DNA of 63,233 bases, the filler included, from Octopus bimaculoides (lineage: Eukaryota): NCBI RefSeq assembly GCF_001194135.2. It is 10 parts of 8 records of this genome, joined end to end, with 100 filler letters (N's around TTAATTAATTAA, not from the genome) between each part and the next. Parts side by side here need not be neighbours in the genome. Positions count along the whole stretch, not along the records: positions 18,366 to 33,924 come from NC_068987.1; positions 34,025 to 39,720 come from NC_068981.1; 8 more parts are not named here. The stretch is one strand, 5' to 3'. The notes under the pieces were generated by a model. It did not search any database. It saw nothing but the letters and a program-made list of their open reading frames with translations, and was not told the origin of the DNA. This document shows, one piece after another, positions 25,210 to 37,372 of the stretch. The stretch's first letter is position 1; every line of letters starts with the position of its first letter. Both the position numbers and the translations under genes were made by a program.

Positions 25210-25560
25210 GATGGCTAATGGAGGGATGTTCTGTTCGGACCTTAGCGGGTCGGAGTTGTTTGCTTCAGAGGTGGAGTTGGTAAAGGCGGTGAGCAGAATG
25301 GGCGGATGTCTTGGAAAGGAGAAGAGCTTCGCTGAGGTAACGGAGTTGGAAAGGAGTGAAACGGACTTATCTAGAATGGGGGAACATCAGGGGATGGCAC
25401 ATGAGGTGGGTGGTGACGTCAAGTTGTCACCTCCACAGAGGGTTATGGAGGACATGATGAGGAGGGCCATTGTGGGTAATAAGGTTTATTCGGTGGAACG
25501 GGAGAAGGTGGACCGAGTGGAGGCCGAAGCAATTGAGAGGGCGTTGTGCGTGGTATTGTA
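25210..25560 (+). mobile_element. Possible LINE ORF1 N-terminal remnant
   Basis: GC-richer open frame MANGGMFCSD...KSFAEV... with an SFAEV motif like that of ORF1 proteins. No other support. Confidence 0.25.
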
Positions 25561-25624
25561 TAAATAATTGTTAAAATATTTTGTATATAGTATAAGTATA
25601 AACAATTTATATGGATCCCGGTTG

Positions 25625-25770
25625 AGAAGCACTGGATAAAGGTGATGCAGTCACAATGGCAAGAAGGTGGTTTCGATTCTCGCACCGGGTGGTGCGTTGT
25701 AGTCTTAAGCAAAATACATCATTTCATGTCGCTCCGGTCCAGCCAGTTGTACATGAGTAACCCTACGACG
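25625..25770 (+). mobile_element. SINE S3-like head fragment
   Basis: Contains ggtttcgattctcgcaccgggtggtgcgttgtagtcttaagcaaaatac...gctccggtccagccag. Confidence 0.5.
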
Positions 25771-25894
25771 GACTGGCGTTCCATTTGGGAGTGGGAGTCA
25801 TGTTGTGATTTCAGTCCTTTATTCGCCGGGTAATCGGTCTTGTAAGTCTTAGGAGTCGAGGCAGTAATGTCCAGGCACTCTGTCGGTGCCGATG

Positions 25895-26175
25895 GCAAGT
25901 GTTCTAGTGGCTCCGATCAACGGCACAAACTACTCGTGAAATTAACGTGCAAGTGGCTGAGCACGCCAAAGACACGTGAACCCTTAACATAGTTCACAGG
26001 GATGTGACAAAGCTGGCCCCTTTGAAATACAATCACAACTCATTTATGCCAGCTGAATGGACTGGAGCAATGTGAAATAAAGTGCCTTGGTCAAGGATAC
26101 AACGTGTCACCGGGAATCGCACTCGCAAACTTACGATCGCGACCCGAATACACTAACCACTAAGACCCGCGCCTT
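25895..26175 (-). mobile_element. SINE family S3 variant
   Basis: Contains ctcgtgaaattaacgtgcaagtggctgagcac...ggactggagcaatgtgaaataaagtgcc...ctaaccactaagac. Confidence 0.75.
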
Positions 26176-27249
26176 CACTGATGAAGAAGATGATGATAGT
26201 GATGAAGATAAATAGATAAATAGATGAAGGGCAAAGTGGGTCCCAGAAGGAAGTGAACTCAGATCGACGAGAGTCGGACAAATGCAGAGAGACATTTTAT
26301 CCAACGTTCTAACGACTCCGCCAATTCGCTGCTGTTCGTTGCCGTAAATATGTTTCCTGTTCATGAAAACAGGTTATCGCCATGAAACTGCAGAGCTAAG
26401 TCAGTATGACATCATTCGTAACTTTTAATTCCATATTCTAACAATGCTGTAGTCGTTATCAAACGAGATGCCGGATGATATCAGCTTCTCTTTCATCTCT
26501 GTTTATAAAAAGGAATTAAAAGTCGCTCGGACATAGCTGGCGCGTCTTTTAACATGGCTGACATCGGGAAAGATGATGGGATAACGATGACGACGACGAC
26601 CACCACCACCACCACCGACGCCGCCACCACNNNNNNNNNNNNNNNNNNNNNNNNNNNNNNNNNNNNNNNNNNNNNNNNNNNNNNNNNNNNNNNNNNNNNN
26701 NNNNNNNNNNNNNNNNNNNNNNNNNNNNNNNNNNNNNNNNNNNNNNNNNNNNNNNNNNNNNNNNNNNNNNNNNNNNNNNNNNNNNNNNNNNNNNNNNNNN
26801 NNNNNNNNNNNNNNNNNNNNNNNNNNNNNNNNNNNNNNNNNNNNNNNNNNNNNNNNNNNNNNNNNNNNNNNNNNNNNNNNNNNNNNNNNNNNNNNNNNNN
26901 NNNNNNNNNNNNNNNNNNNNNNNNNNNNNNNNNNNNNNNNNNNNNNNNNNNNNNNNNNNNNNNNNNNNNNNNNNNNNNNNNNNNNNNNNNNNNNNNNNNN
27001 NNNNNNNNNNNNNNNNNNNNNNNNNNNNNNNNNNNNNNNNNNNNNNNNNNNNNNNNNNNNNNNNNNNNNNNNNNNNNNNNNNNNNNNNNNNNNNNNNNNN
27101 NNNNNNNNNNNNNNNNNNNNNNNNNNNNNNNNNNNNNNNNNNNNNNNNNNNNNNNNNNNNNNNNNNNNNNNNGTTGTATATCGGGAGGACCATTATGCCA
27201 ATACTAAAAACACGCACTGGTCTTCTTCTGCTTCTTCTGCTTCTTCTTC

Positions 27250-27862
27250 TTTGCCAGATTTGTCAGAGCTAGGGCATGTGCACTGAAATGGGAGGGGACG
27301 AAAGCCGTTCGATGAGCCCAGGTGACAGAGGCGCTTCGTGGAAACAAAGCAACAATTTGGTCTTTGGCGAGCTGTGATGTGTGCATGATAACCGAGTCCA
27401 GTGAGATGCGCGCAGAATTTCAGTGGTACTTCGCCGAACTGTATGGGGAGCGTGGTGGTTCTTGGACGGGGGCGAATTTCACCTCCTATCTCAGCGGCAT
27501 ACTCGCCTCTCGGCTAGAGATGCGGAGTTCTGCGAAATGCCGATAACAGGCGAAGATATACGGGACGCGACGAAGGCCTGTGCAAGAGAGAAGTTTCCGG
27601 GGCGCGATGATCTGCCCTTCGAGCTTTATTTTCATATGTCAGACTTGTTCGGTGGTCTCTTGGAATATATCTACCACAACTGGCAGCAGAACAGGAGAAG
27701 TCTCAGTACTGTGAGCCGTAGAGTGGTGGTGCTCTTGAGAAAGGAACCGAACAAGGGGGACAGAATTGATCATTTTAGGCCTATAACCCTGCTGAATGAA
27801 GATTATAAGATTTTGGTCAAGGTATTAGCCAAGAGGTTGGTGCCTGTCGTCGATAAGCTGGT
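27250..27862 (+). mobile_element. L1/Tx1-clade LINE ORF2 fragment (RT N-terminus)
   Basis: Translation KFPGRDDLPFELY...LLRKEPNKGDRIDHFRPITLLNEDYKILVKVLAKRL matches RT domains 0-2. Confidence 0.85.
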
Positions 27863-28029
27863 ATATTTTACCCCCGTGTCACTTTGATGGCATGCACTGC
27901 TCTCTCACACAATGATAATAATATTGATGATGATGATGGTGATAAAAGAAGTGAAATAAAACCAGTGAGTGTGTTTATTATTGGTATGATGACACTCCCT
28001 TGATGCAACAAAATCCTCAGTGAGTGTGT

Positions 28030-28265
28030 TTTACGCAAATATCAGCGTATAACCGATATAATTTGGTCATGTCTCCAGTCTTTCTACTGTTTCTCCGCCA
28101 GTTTCTGCGCCAGTCCAATACTGAATGAGCAGCTACAGTCTTTTCTGCATTACTGTATCATCAATATGTCTTCTATTTGCTTCTGTTCTTATGGCCCGTT
28201 CTTGGGTTACCATTTATAGTATCTTCTGTGGCTTTCTTCAAATCCTCCTTTAACCAGCATCAAGT
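28030..28265 (-). mobile_element. Decayed R4/Dong-like LINE fragment
   Basis: Frameshifted translation WLKEDLKKATEDTI..QERAIRT...IDD, KLAEKQ*KDWRHDQI. Confidence 0.65.
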
Positions 28266-28414
28266 TTGAATGTTTGAGAAAGCAGTGCTCAACGCTTCTA
28301 AAAGCAAACTTCGTTTGTTTGTTTACGTTCGTCGTAATTTGAATTTAACGTATGATAGCGTCTCATAAAGCGAGATTTCTATACATCTTAAATTTGCAGA
28401 GGAATCTGTAGTGG

Positions 28415-28502
28415 GGGAGTTTAGCTCAATCGGTCAGAGCATCGTGACGCGTAATCACGGAGTTGTGAGTTCGAGTCCACAGCTAACCACCTACACTTTT
28501 TT
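28415..28502 (+). tRNA. tRNA-like sequence (Thr-CGU-like anticodon), probably a pseudogene or SINE head
   Basis: D-arm GCTC/GAGC; anticodon stem CGTGA/TCACG around loop CGCGTAA (G at U33); T-loop GTTCGAGTC with a bulged stem; imperfect acceptor stem; T6 at 28497-28502. Confidence 0.45.
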
Positions 28503-28669
28503 CTGCAAAATAGGAGTATTTTATCCTGTTCAGGCTATATTATTAGCATTACCTTGCGTTTGAGAATTTAGAATCACTTCTTTAACTTTCTAAGACATCT
28601 TAACGCTTCTAAAAGCAAACTTCGTTTGTTTGTTTACGTTTGTCGTAATTTAAATTCTATGTATTTTTC

Positions 28670-28935
28670 GTTCATATGGTGTAGTGGTTAAGAGCGCGGG
28701 CTACTAACCCCAAGATTCCGAGTTCGATTCCAAGCAGTGACCTGAATAATAATAATAATAATAATAATAACATCGAAAAATACCTTAGGAATGAGAACCC
28801 AGGTTCGAAATTTCCCCAAGACTCCTCATGAAGACTGGAGGGTATATCAGTCGAAACGTTGTGTTAACGACAAACAAGATGAGGACAAGTATCCGTCAAA
28901 TGTAAATGATGTAAATAATGTAAATAATGTAAATA
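28670..28935 (+). mobile_element. tRNA-headed SINE with an internal hammerhead-like motif
   Basis: A box TGGTGTAGTGG at 28677, B box GTTCGATTCC at 28722, (AAT)n, a hammerhead-like fold at 28820-28865 and an (AAATAATGT)n tail. Confidence 0.7.
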
Positions 28936-28969
28936 GCTCTGTCCATTTCATTAATAGCATGTTGACATT

Positions 28970-29235
28970 GGGTGAAGGCGTATGGCCAATTGGTTTGGAT
29001 GTTCGGCTCATAGTCGTAAGGTTGTTCGTTCGATACCTACCAGCGCGTTGTGTCCTTGAGCAAGACTCTTTACTTCACGTTGCTCCAGTCCACTCAGCTG
29101 GCACAAATACGTTGTACCTGCATTTCAAAGGGCCAGTCTTATCATATTCTGTGTCACATTGAACCGCCATGACAACTCCGATAAGGTTACGCGTGTCAGT
29201 GGAGTACTCAGCCACTTGCATGTTAATTTCACGAG
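28970..29235 (+). mobile_element. SINE family S3 variant
   Basis: Contains ttcacgttgctccagtccactcagctgg...ctcagccacttgcatgttaatttcacgagcagg...gtaaccgatggagtg. Confidence 0.75.
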
Positions 29236-29899
29236 CAGGTTGTGCCGTTGATCGGATCAACTTGAATACTCGTCGTAACCGATGGAGTGTCACTTTTTTA
29301 TGGCAACTTTGAAGAATTCTTGTTTCTTCAGATTATCTTCTATTTACATGTGGAGCTGCTCTTAATTACAATTTACTAATTATGATGTATCCTCTAGAGG
29401 CAGAGATAATTTTAATAAATCATGACTTTGAGTTGTATAGTATTTAAGATACCTAGATTAGTCTCACTCTATTAAAACTCTTCCTTTATCAATTGCATTT
29501 TACCAGCAGTCGATCACTTTGATCTCTTGTCTGAAGCATATTCTGCGTCGTCAGCTACATTCTACTTTTCCTACCAATACTCTGTGCTTCTAGGGCAGCA
29601 TACGTGATGATACCCGCGTTGTTCGGATAATCATACTTAACATAGATCTAACAAATATAACATAAGCTGCATGACAAATCTAATGGCAATTTGACCTATA
29701 TTACCACTAAATTTTGTCACTCACAAATAGTTTTCAAAATTTAATCAACAAAAATAATTTTTTAAAATCTTTGACAGAGTACTTTCGCGTCACAACAGTG
29801 GTTTAACAAATATCGGATTTGGGGATAAAACTAAGCATAAGAAAAATTTTTACAATATTATCCGGTACATATTATCATGCGGGCACGTACTCAATAAAT

Positions 29900-30245
29900 G
29901 CAGAGACTAACGTCGTCAAAAACTTCCTGGGTTGTAGATAAACGCTTTCCTACCAATCCCCGTTACATGAAAATGTCCCAAGTGATGCTGCTTGAGAATG
30001 TGTTATCGCTGCGCTTCCCATAGGAAGAATATAATAATGCACAAATCAACAGGATCCACAAGATGCGGATGTAAAAGCTCTGCGATATGCCCCACTCAAC
30101 CACTCTTGTAATGTCGAACATACTTCCACCAAATTAGACGTAACAGGCGATAAAAGTTACATAGGCATGGCAGAGAGTAAGTTCAAGCCATGATATACCA
30201 GCAACACTGCTTCCTTCGAACATGTTGATAAACAACAATATAAAT
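29900..30245 (+). mobile_element. Penelope-like element GIY-YIG fragment (Penelope/Poseidon-type)
   Basis: Translation TNVVKNF..VDKRFP..., CGCKSSAICPLNHSC...KSYIGMAESKFKP*YTSNTASFEH. Confidence 0.7.
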
Positions 30246-30255
30246 CACACACACA

Positions 30256-30337
<82 letters not shown>

Positions 30338-30902
30338 CTAATCACAGCAGTCGTCTGGGGTGGGGAGAGGAAAAGAACAATGTTATTATCAAATAAAATG
30401 ATAAATGCGAGGTATGAGCAGGGAATATATAAACGGCTGAGTGTGATGCTATTTATAAACAGCGAAGAAAAGCATTGTGCAGAATATCACTAAAAGTTCA
30501 CTAAAGTATTTATGAAGCAAAACAGGACCAGTTTTTCGAATTATATCACCAATTTCATAATTTGCACACACACAAACAAACAATATATATAGTTTTTGAG
30601 TAAATGATAAATAATAATAAATAATAGCGGGTGAATATTTGGTTAAAACTCCCTTGGATGGAAAAAGTCGAAGGCTGCCCGTGGGACGCGAACCCACGTC
30701 TTCTGTAAACATAACAGATGTTCTACCATCATACCACATCAATCACGCGAATTTTTCATCCATGTCAGAAGTTTTGTTCATACCAGCGATCTTCGTGTAT
30801 TGTTCACATCATATGAGTATAGAAGCACTGGAGTTTTTCAAATTTTAAACAACATACATTCATACATACATACATACATACATACATACATACATACATT
30901 GG

Positions 30903-31235
30903 AGATAGAAGGACCAACTCAAGGCAACACTGAAAACCACTGGCATTGAACATAAATCGTTTGAAGCACGAACCCGAGACCGTACCAAGTGGCGGTGTTC
31001 CACCACTATCGGAACCAAAAGTTTCAAAGCTACCAGAAGAGAAAAGAAAGAAATCCAACGACAGGAAAGAAAAGCTCGACAAAATCAACCTTGACCCCCC
31101 CCCCCTAAACATTGCCATGCTGTTAATGGCATCGATTCTTCTATGCAAGAATTGGTCTCCAGAGTCGTCAACGTCGCCACCATAAAGGAAGCGTTTAGCG
31201 AAGAAGAAACTAAATACTCGGGTACAAGATAAAGA
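30903..31235 (+). mobile_element. RTE-clade (BovB-like) LINE 3' end
   Basis: Translation KDQLKATLKTTGIEHKSFEARTRDRTKWR...RQERKAR...RFFYARIGLQSRQRRH. Flanked by (CATA)n. Confidence 0.75.
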
Positions 31236-31619
31236 CGACGACATACATACATCCATGCATACATACATACATACATACATACACACATACATACATACAC
31301 ACGCATACATACATACATACATACATACATACATACATACATACATACACACATACATACATACATACATNNNNNNNNNNNNNNNNNNNNNNNNNNNNNN
31401 NNNNNNNNNNNNNNNNNNNNNNNNNNNNNNNNNNNNNNNNNNNNNNNNNNNNNNNNNNNNNNNNNNNNNNNNNNNNNNNNNNNNNNNNNNNNNNNNNNNN
31501 NNNNNNNNNNNNNNNNNNNNNNNNNNNNNNNNNNNNNNNNNNNNNNNNNNNNNNNNNNNNNNNNNNNNNNNNNNNNNNNNNNNNNNNNNNNNNNNNNNNN
31601 NNNNNNNNNNNNNNNNNNN

Positions 31620-31656
<37 letters not shown>

Positions 31657-31884
31657 GGCCGAAACAGCTGTAAGACTTTGTCCCTTCTTCGGTCGGTAGA
31701 TGTTCTTTTGAATTTTGAATTTTTAATTGTTGATATGACATAGTGTGTCATACGTGTTTGTATATTGTATTTATTGTCCTCTTGGTTGAAAAATAAACAG
31801 ATTAATTAACAGAGTACAGTGTCTGCAAGTTGATGAGTACCACATATTCCCCTCCATTTTCTTATTGCTCTCTCTCTCTCTATG

Positions 31885-31918
<34 letters not shown>

Positions 31919-33007
31919 AAGAAAGAGAGAAAGAGATAGAGAGAAAGAGAGAGAGAGAGGGGGAGAAAGAGAGAGGGAGAGAAAGAGAGAGAGAGTCAGG
32001 TTAACTTCGATTTTTATTGGCAGTATGACTCCCAGTTTTATAAAAGTTATATGTATGTACGTTTGTATTGTATTGTATATGCACGCATCCGCGTATAAAC
32101 AAGCGTATGCCTTCTTTCTGACCAAGTACATCCATACTTCCACATAGAGAGCTTTTATTAGACAGCGTCGAAGGACTTAGGAAGAACGAACAATATATAA
32201 CTTCTATTTTTTGTCTATTTTTAGCCCTATACACTTGACACGAAACTATAATCAGCTGCTTTGAAACTCCTCTCCAAAGGCTACCCACTTATCTTACGTA
32301 ATATGTAGTTTTATTTTAATATTACCATAAAAGACCAGTCCGTATAATATTTCAGCAGTTTTAAATCCGGACTCGTTCTTTCCATATCCTGCGTCATTTC
32401 ATTTCCTATTTCACACACGTATTTTTTCCTCTTTTTGCAATAATACAATGATTCCCCACTTACCTCTCCTCTTATCGAGTTTGTGTATTGGCTCTTAAGA
32501 GAGTATTTTTTTTTCACAAACCAACGATATGCTGTCTCGACTAACTTGAAATAACATACAATTCTCTTAAATCACCTTCTATGGTCTGAAAAACAAAAAC
32601 ACAACCATGATCAGGAAAGACAAATTGTGTCTGGAAAAAATGGGATGGTCACGCTTAGAATGTCATCGATCAAAAGGTGTGTCTTCTCATCAAGAGTTGA
32701 AATGGAATTTTTAGTTTTTCTATTTTTGCTTCTTTTTGTTGAAGGTGGGGTATAGGTGTGGGTATGAATGTGCAGTTAAGAAACTTGTTTTGCGACGACA
32801 CTGTTACGGATTCGAAGATAGTTTAAAGTAAATGTAAACAAACAAACGCGCACATTCAGCGTGCGACGAGTGAAAATTCTGTAAATAATATAAATATAAA
32901 GCTTAAGTTCCTAAGTGTTCGCCGTATATTGGCTGCAGAAAATAGTTTAATATTAGGACATGTAAACCCTCGACGGAAACCATTCAGCTTATAATTATAT
33001 CTACAGA

Positions 33008-33050
<43 letters not shown>

Positions 33051-33117
33051 NNNNNNNNNNNNNNNNNNNNNNNNNNNNNNNNNNNNNNNNNNNNNNNNNN
33101 NNNNNNNNNTATATATG

Positions 33118-33186
<69 letters not shown>

Positions 33187-33244
33187 GTGTGTGTGTATAT
33201 ATATATATGTATATATATATGTATATATATATGTATTTATACAT

Positions 33245-33545
33245 ATATGTAGATCCACAAGATCGAGCTGAGTCATCTTGCTAACGTCAATGCGCGAGGC
33301 CCCCGGTTTCTTTGCACTGTGGAACCTGTTTGGTTGCAGCCTGATTTTGCAGCATACCAGGGAGTGGTCTGTGTCGCAGTCCGCTCTGTGGTAAGAACGT
33401 GTATGGAGACTGATTTGTATGGCAGCACGCCCGACCATAATCAGATCCAGTTGGTGCCAGTGCTTTGAGCGCGGGTGCCTCCAGGAGACCTTGTGTTGGG
33501 GTTTCGTTTTGAAGAAGGAGTTGGCGATGCACAGATTGAGAAGGG
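33245..33545 (-). mobile_element. RTE-clade LINE AP-endonuclease fragment
   Basis: Translation LCIANSFFKTKPQHKVSWRHPRSKHWHQLDLIMV...TRSYHRADCDTDHSLV. Confidence 0.88.
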
Positions 33546-34948
33546 TATTCCAGATCCGAGATCTGGAATTATCCAGTTATTTTTGCTAGTTTATTTTGTC
33601 ACTTCGTCTTCTCTCCTGGTGCTATATGAACTTTTAATGTGGTTTTAGAGTCAAGATTTGGCTGCTATTTCCAGCGTGGTGGTATCTCTTAGATACCCTA
33701 AATTATAATTTCAAATAATTATTACCTTTGATGATTTTTATTCCAATGCTGGCTGCCTGATAAAATCGGTATTTAAATATCGATCTTATCCTTATTTATA
33801 TACATATACACATATATAAATTTGCGCCACTTATGACATAGACTTCTCCCCCACACTTTTTATTTACTGTTTAATTAATACTTTATTTACATCAACACCT
33901 ATAACGGTCTTAGCTTGCCCTTGGNNNNNNNNNNNNNNNNNNNNNNNNNNNNNNNNNNNNNNNNNNNNTTAATTAATTAANNNNNNNNNNNNNNNNNNNN
34001 NNNNNNNNNNNNNNNNNNNNNNNNAGACGAGAAAAATTATGTGTGTATGAACGCGATGAGGCACGGAACCGAGAGAGACAAAGTGGTGGCGTGTGTTACT
34101 TGGCGAAAGCCAAGGAAGGAAAGGATTATTGACCGGAAGCATGTGACCATGCCGGTGTAAAGGGAAGAGAGAGAGTGGTAGAGGGAGAAAGAGAGGGAGG
34201 AAGTAGAAGAATGGTGAGCAACGAGAGGAAAAAAGAAAAAGAGGAAATACGAGGGGGAAAAAAGAGATACGTAGTAGTAACTGAGGAAGAACAAGAGGGG
34301 TAAGGCGAGATACGTAGTAGTACATATGTACCTATATGCATTCATTTTATCACTGCAAACCTTTAAGGTACACTCTATTGGATTCGTAGCCTAAAACGTA
34401 TTCATTGTGGATTTTCAGAAATATTTACATTATTTTCAGTAGCACCACGAATTTACGATAACAACCGTATTATGGAAAGTCCAAAAATCGGGTCCTAGGT
34501 TATCAATTCTGGGTAGTCCATTTTTACAATGTACCGCCTAAAAGTAAGACGAAAATTTTTTTTATGTTCGCTGTCCGCATACATCTTTGTCAGTATATAT
34601 TTTAGTGAAGCTTTACATAGCGTCGTATCGTTATTGACTGCTATTTCTAGCAAATATTGGTGCCTTATCACACCACTATTCTTATATATATTTATATAAT
34701 GTGCGTATGTGTGTGTGTGTGTGTTTGTATATGTGTGCGTGTATCTGCATCTATATGTATACACACACTCAAACTTACATACACACACACATGACTTCTC
34801 GATAGGAGTTGTTTACTCCGGAAGTATCACCGACGCTGGCTTCTCAAAACAGATATTAAATATTATCTGAATCTTGAGCTTGTATGGAATACTTTATCGC
34901 TATACACTAAGAGTTACGAGTAGAAACCTATAAGAAAAGAGAAATTTC

Positions 34949-34983
<35 letters not shown>

Positions 34984-35227
34984 GATGAAATTCCTCTTTA
35001 CTTGTAAGTTGCTGCACATACTTGAACTGATCTAAAGATGGTTTATGCGATATATATATATATATCACATAAGCAATCTTTAGGTCAGTTCAAGTATGTC
35101 TAGGACATATTTCAACGTGTAAAGGCTTTTTGATGGAGTTTGTCGTAGAGAAAATAATTTCTCACTCCAGTTAAGACCTCCCTCTCTGCACTGCGACCAC
35201 ACATATATAACGTCTATATACATCCAC

Positions 35228-35350
35228 ATAGGCGTAGGCGTGGCTTTGTGACTCAGTCTCATTCCGTGGTACCTTGGGCATGTGCCTCGGGCCGACGAAA
35301 GCCTTGTGAGTAGATATTGTTGACGGCAACTGTAAGAAGCCCGTCGTATA
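35228..35350 (+). mobile_element. SINE family S1, 5' half with internal deletion
   Basis: Contains ataggcgtaggcgtggctttgtg...caccttgggc...ctcgggccgacgaaagccttgtgagt...aagaagcccgtcg. Confidence 0.7.
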
Positions 35351-35365
35351 TATGCATATATATCT

Positions 35366-35403
<38 letters not shown>

Positions 35404-35860
35404 GCGTGTGTGTGTGTGTGTGCGTGTGTGTGTGTGTATGTGTGTGCTGGTGTGTGTGTGTGTGTGNNNNNNNNNNNNNNNNNNNNNNNNNNNNNNNNNN
35501 NNNNNNNNNNNNNNNNNNNNNNNNNNNNNNNNNNNNNNNNNNNNNNNNNNNNNNNNNNNNNNNNNNNNNNNNNNNNNNNNNNNNNNNNNNNNNNNNNNNN
35601 NNNNNNNNNNNNNNNNNNNNNNNNNNNNNNNNNNNNNNNNNNNNNNNNNNNNNNNNNNNNNNNNNNNNNNNNNNNNNNNNNNNNNNNNNNNNNNNNNNNN
35701 NNNNNNNNNNNNNNNNNNNNNNNNNNNNNNNNNNNNNNNNNNNNNNNNNNNNNNNNNNNNNNNNNNNNNNNNNNNNNNNNNNNNNNNNNNNNNNNNNNNN
35801 NNNNNNNNNNNNNNNNNNNNNNNNNNNNNNNNNNNNTATATATATATATATTATATATAT

Positions 35861-36900
35861 TGGATAATAAAACGAATGGTTTACACCTGGTAGCATACTG
35901 GTAAAGCTCAGTCACTTTCACAGTGATCGTGAGGTATACACCAAATGAAAGACAGAAGATGGAATATACGAAGATTTATTATTAATCACGACAATTGTTT
36001 CGACGCAGCTAGTATCGATTCCTCTTGGGTGGGACACTCAAAAACTGGTTCAGGAGCATTCGGTGGTGCACATGCATCTCGTCGGGTGATAAATAATTAC
36101 AACTCGTTAAAATGACTGTTCTGCAATGTATCTTTCCATTTTGAACATAATAATCCAACTGCTTGTTCTAATCCTGTACAACACACTCGATCAAACAAGC
36201 CTAACGACAGATATAGGAATCGAGATGTCCTCTGGTTCAACCCAATTTTCGGTTTGCATGTTTCAACCAATATCACCGGAAAATTTTTTACTGCTTTGGA
36301 CAAGTGTTTTGCCGCTTCGGACAGCTATTTTTAATTGACACACCGTGAAGGTATCCTACGTCAACTCTGCTAATTTAGAGCAGTCTATGCATCGCGTAAA
36401 CAATAGCAAAATGTGGCAAAGTTTCAATAACCCACCTACTGGATATAGCAAACATTTGAATCTAAATACCAACCAAGGAGATGTAAACCGCATTGATAAA
36501 CACCAACTACGACCAATTTGTAGTAGTAGAAATACTTACAATACAGCTAGCACGGTAACAACGCCGGTAAATGGAATCGGGACTGCCTTATATATAAATA
36601 AATACGATAAATGCTCATGCAGAGAAAATTCAAAATGTCCTTTGATGAATCTCTGTATGAGTACACATTTTGTATATAAGTGTACCGTGCATACAAGGGG
36701 AGGACCCTATGTTTACATTGGGCAGACATCTGATTCATTTAAGAATCGTTATCGTAACCATGCTGCCAGCTTGAGATGCGGTTTCAAATCTCAGACGATA
36801 GAAATGATATTTGTTCTTTATAAACTTAAAAACCCAGATTTATTGTAAATTTGGAAATTAAAACCCATACACCCATCATTGTTCCCAAAACCCCAGATTT
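35861..36900 (+). mobile_element. 5'-truncated Penelope-like element: inverted pLTR-like segment, then RT-EN linker and GIY-YIG
   Basis: Translation RNRDVLWFNPIF...TNITGKFF..LDKCF...VKVSY, CSCRENSKCPL..C..FVYKCTV...VYIGQTSDSFKNRYRNH. 35861-36060 is shared with 1960-2192 and 61800-61992. Confidence 0.85.
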
Positions 36901-37339
36901 GGATGGAAAAACCCATCAGTGGTATCCCTGATTCTGAGTAGCAGAGATTGTTGTCATTCGACTTCTCAGTGCCAGTCTAACTGAAGAACAACTGAATGTA
37001 AATACATGCATATAGGACAAGTGGTTTCTAATCCCTGTTGACGACATTTTGTTTTGAGGTGTTCACCAAAAACTTGTCGGTCAAGTACATATTGGTGTGC
37101 ATTGTACAGTGTATAAAAGGTAAGCTGTTGTTGGTACTGCTGTTGACGTTGCCTAGCACTTGGTCGGTCTTTATGGAGGAGGCTTCTGGTCAAATACATT
37201 CAGATTTCGACCACTCTATATTCTTCTTCTTCTTCTTCTTCTTCTTCTTCTTCTTCTTCTTCTTCTTCTTCTTCTTCTTCTTGATGTTGTTGTTGCTGTT
37301 GTTGTTGTTGCTGTTGTTGTTGTTAATGTTGTTGTTGTT

Positions 37340-37370
<31 letters not shown>

Positions 37371-37372
37371 TT

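Noticed and set aside
24561-26435. Short plus-strand exon-like pieces (KVTAEWLMRNANRIEWW; GYRHETAELSQYDII)
   Set aside because: Phase-compatible but too short to recognise, with moderate splice signals only. They cannot be supported without RNA data.
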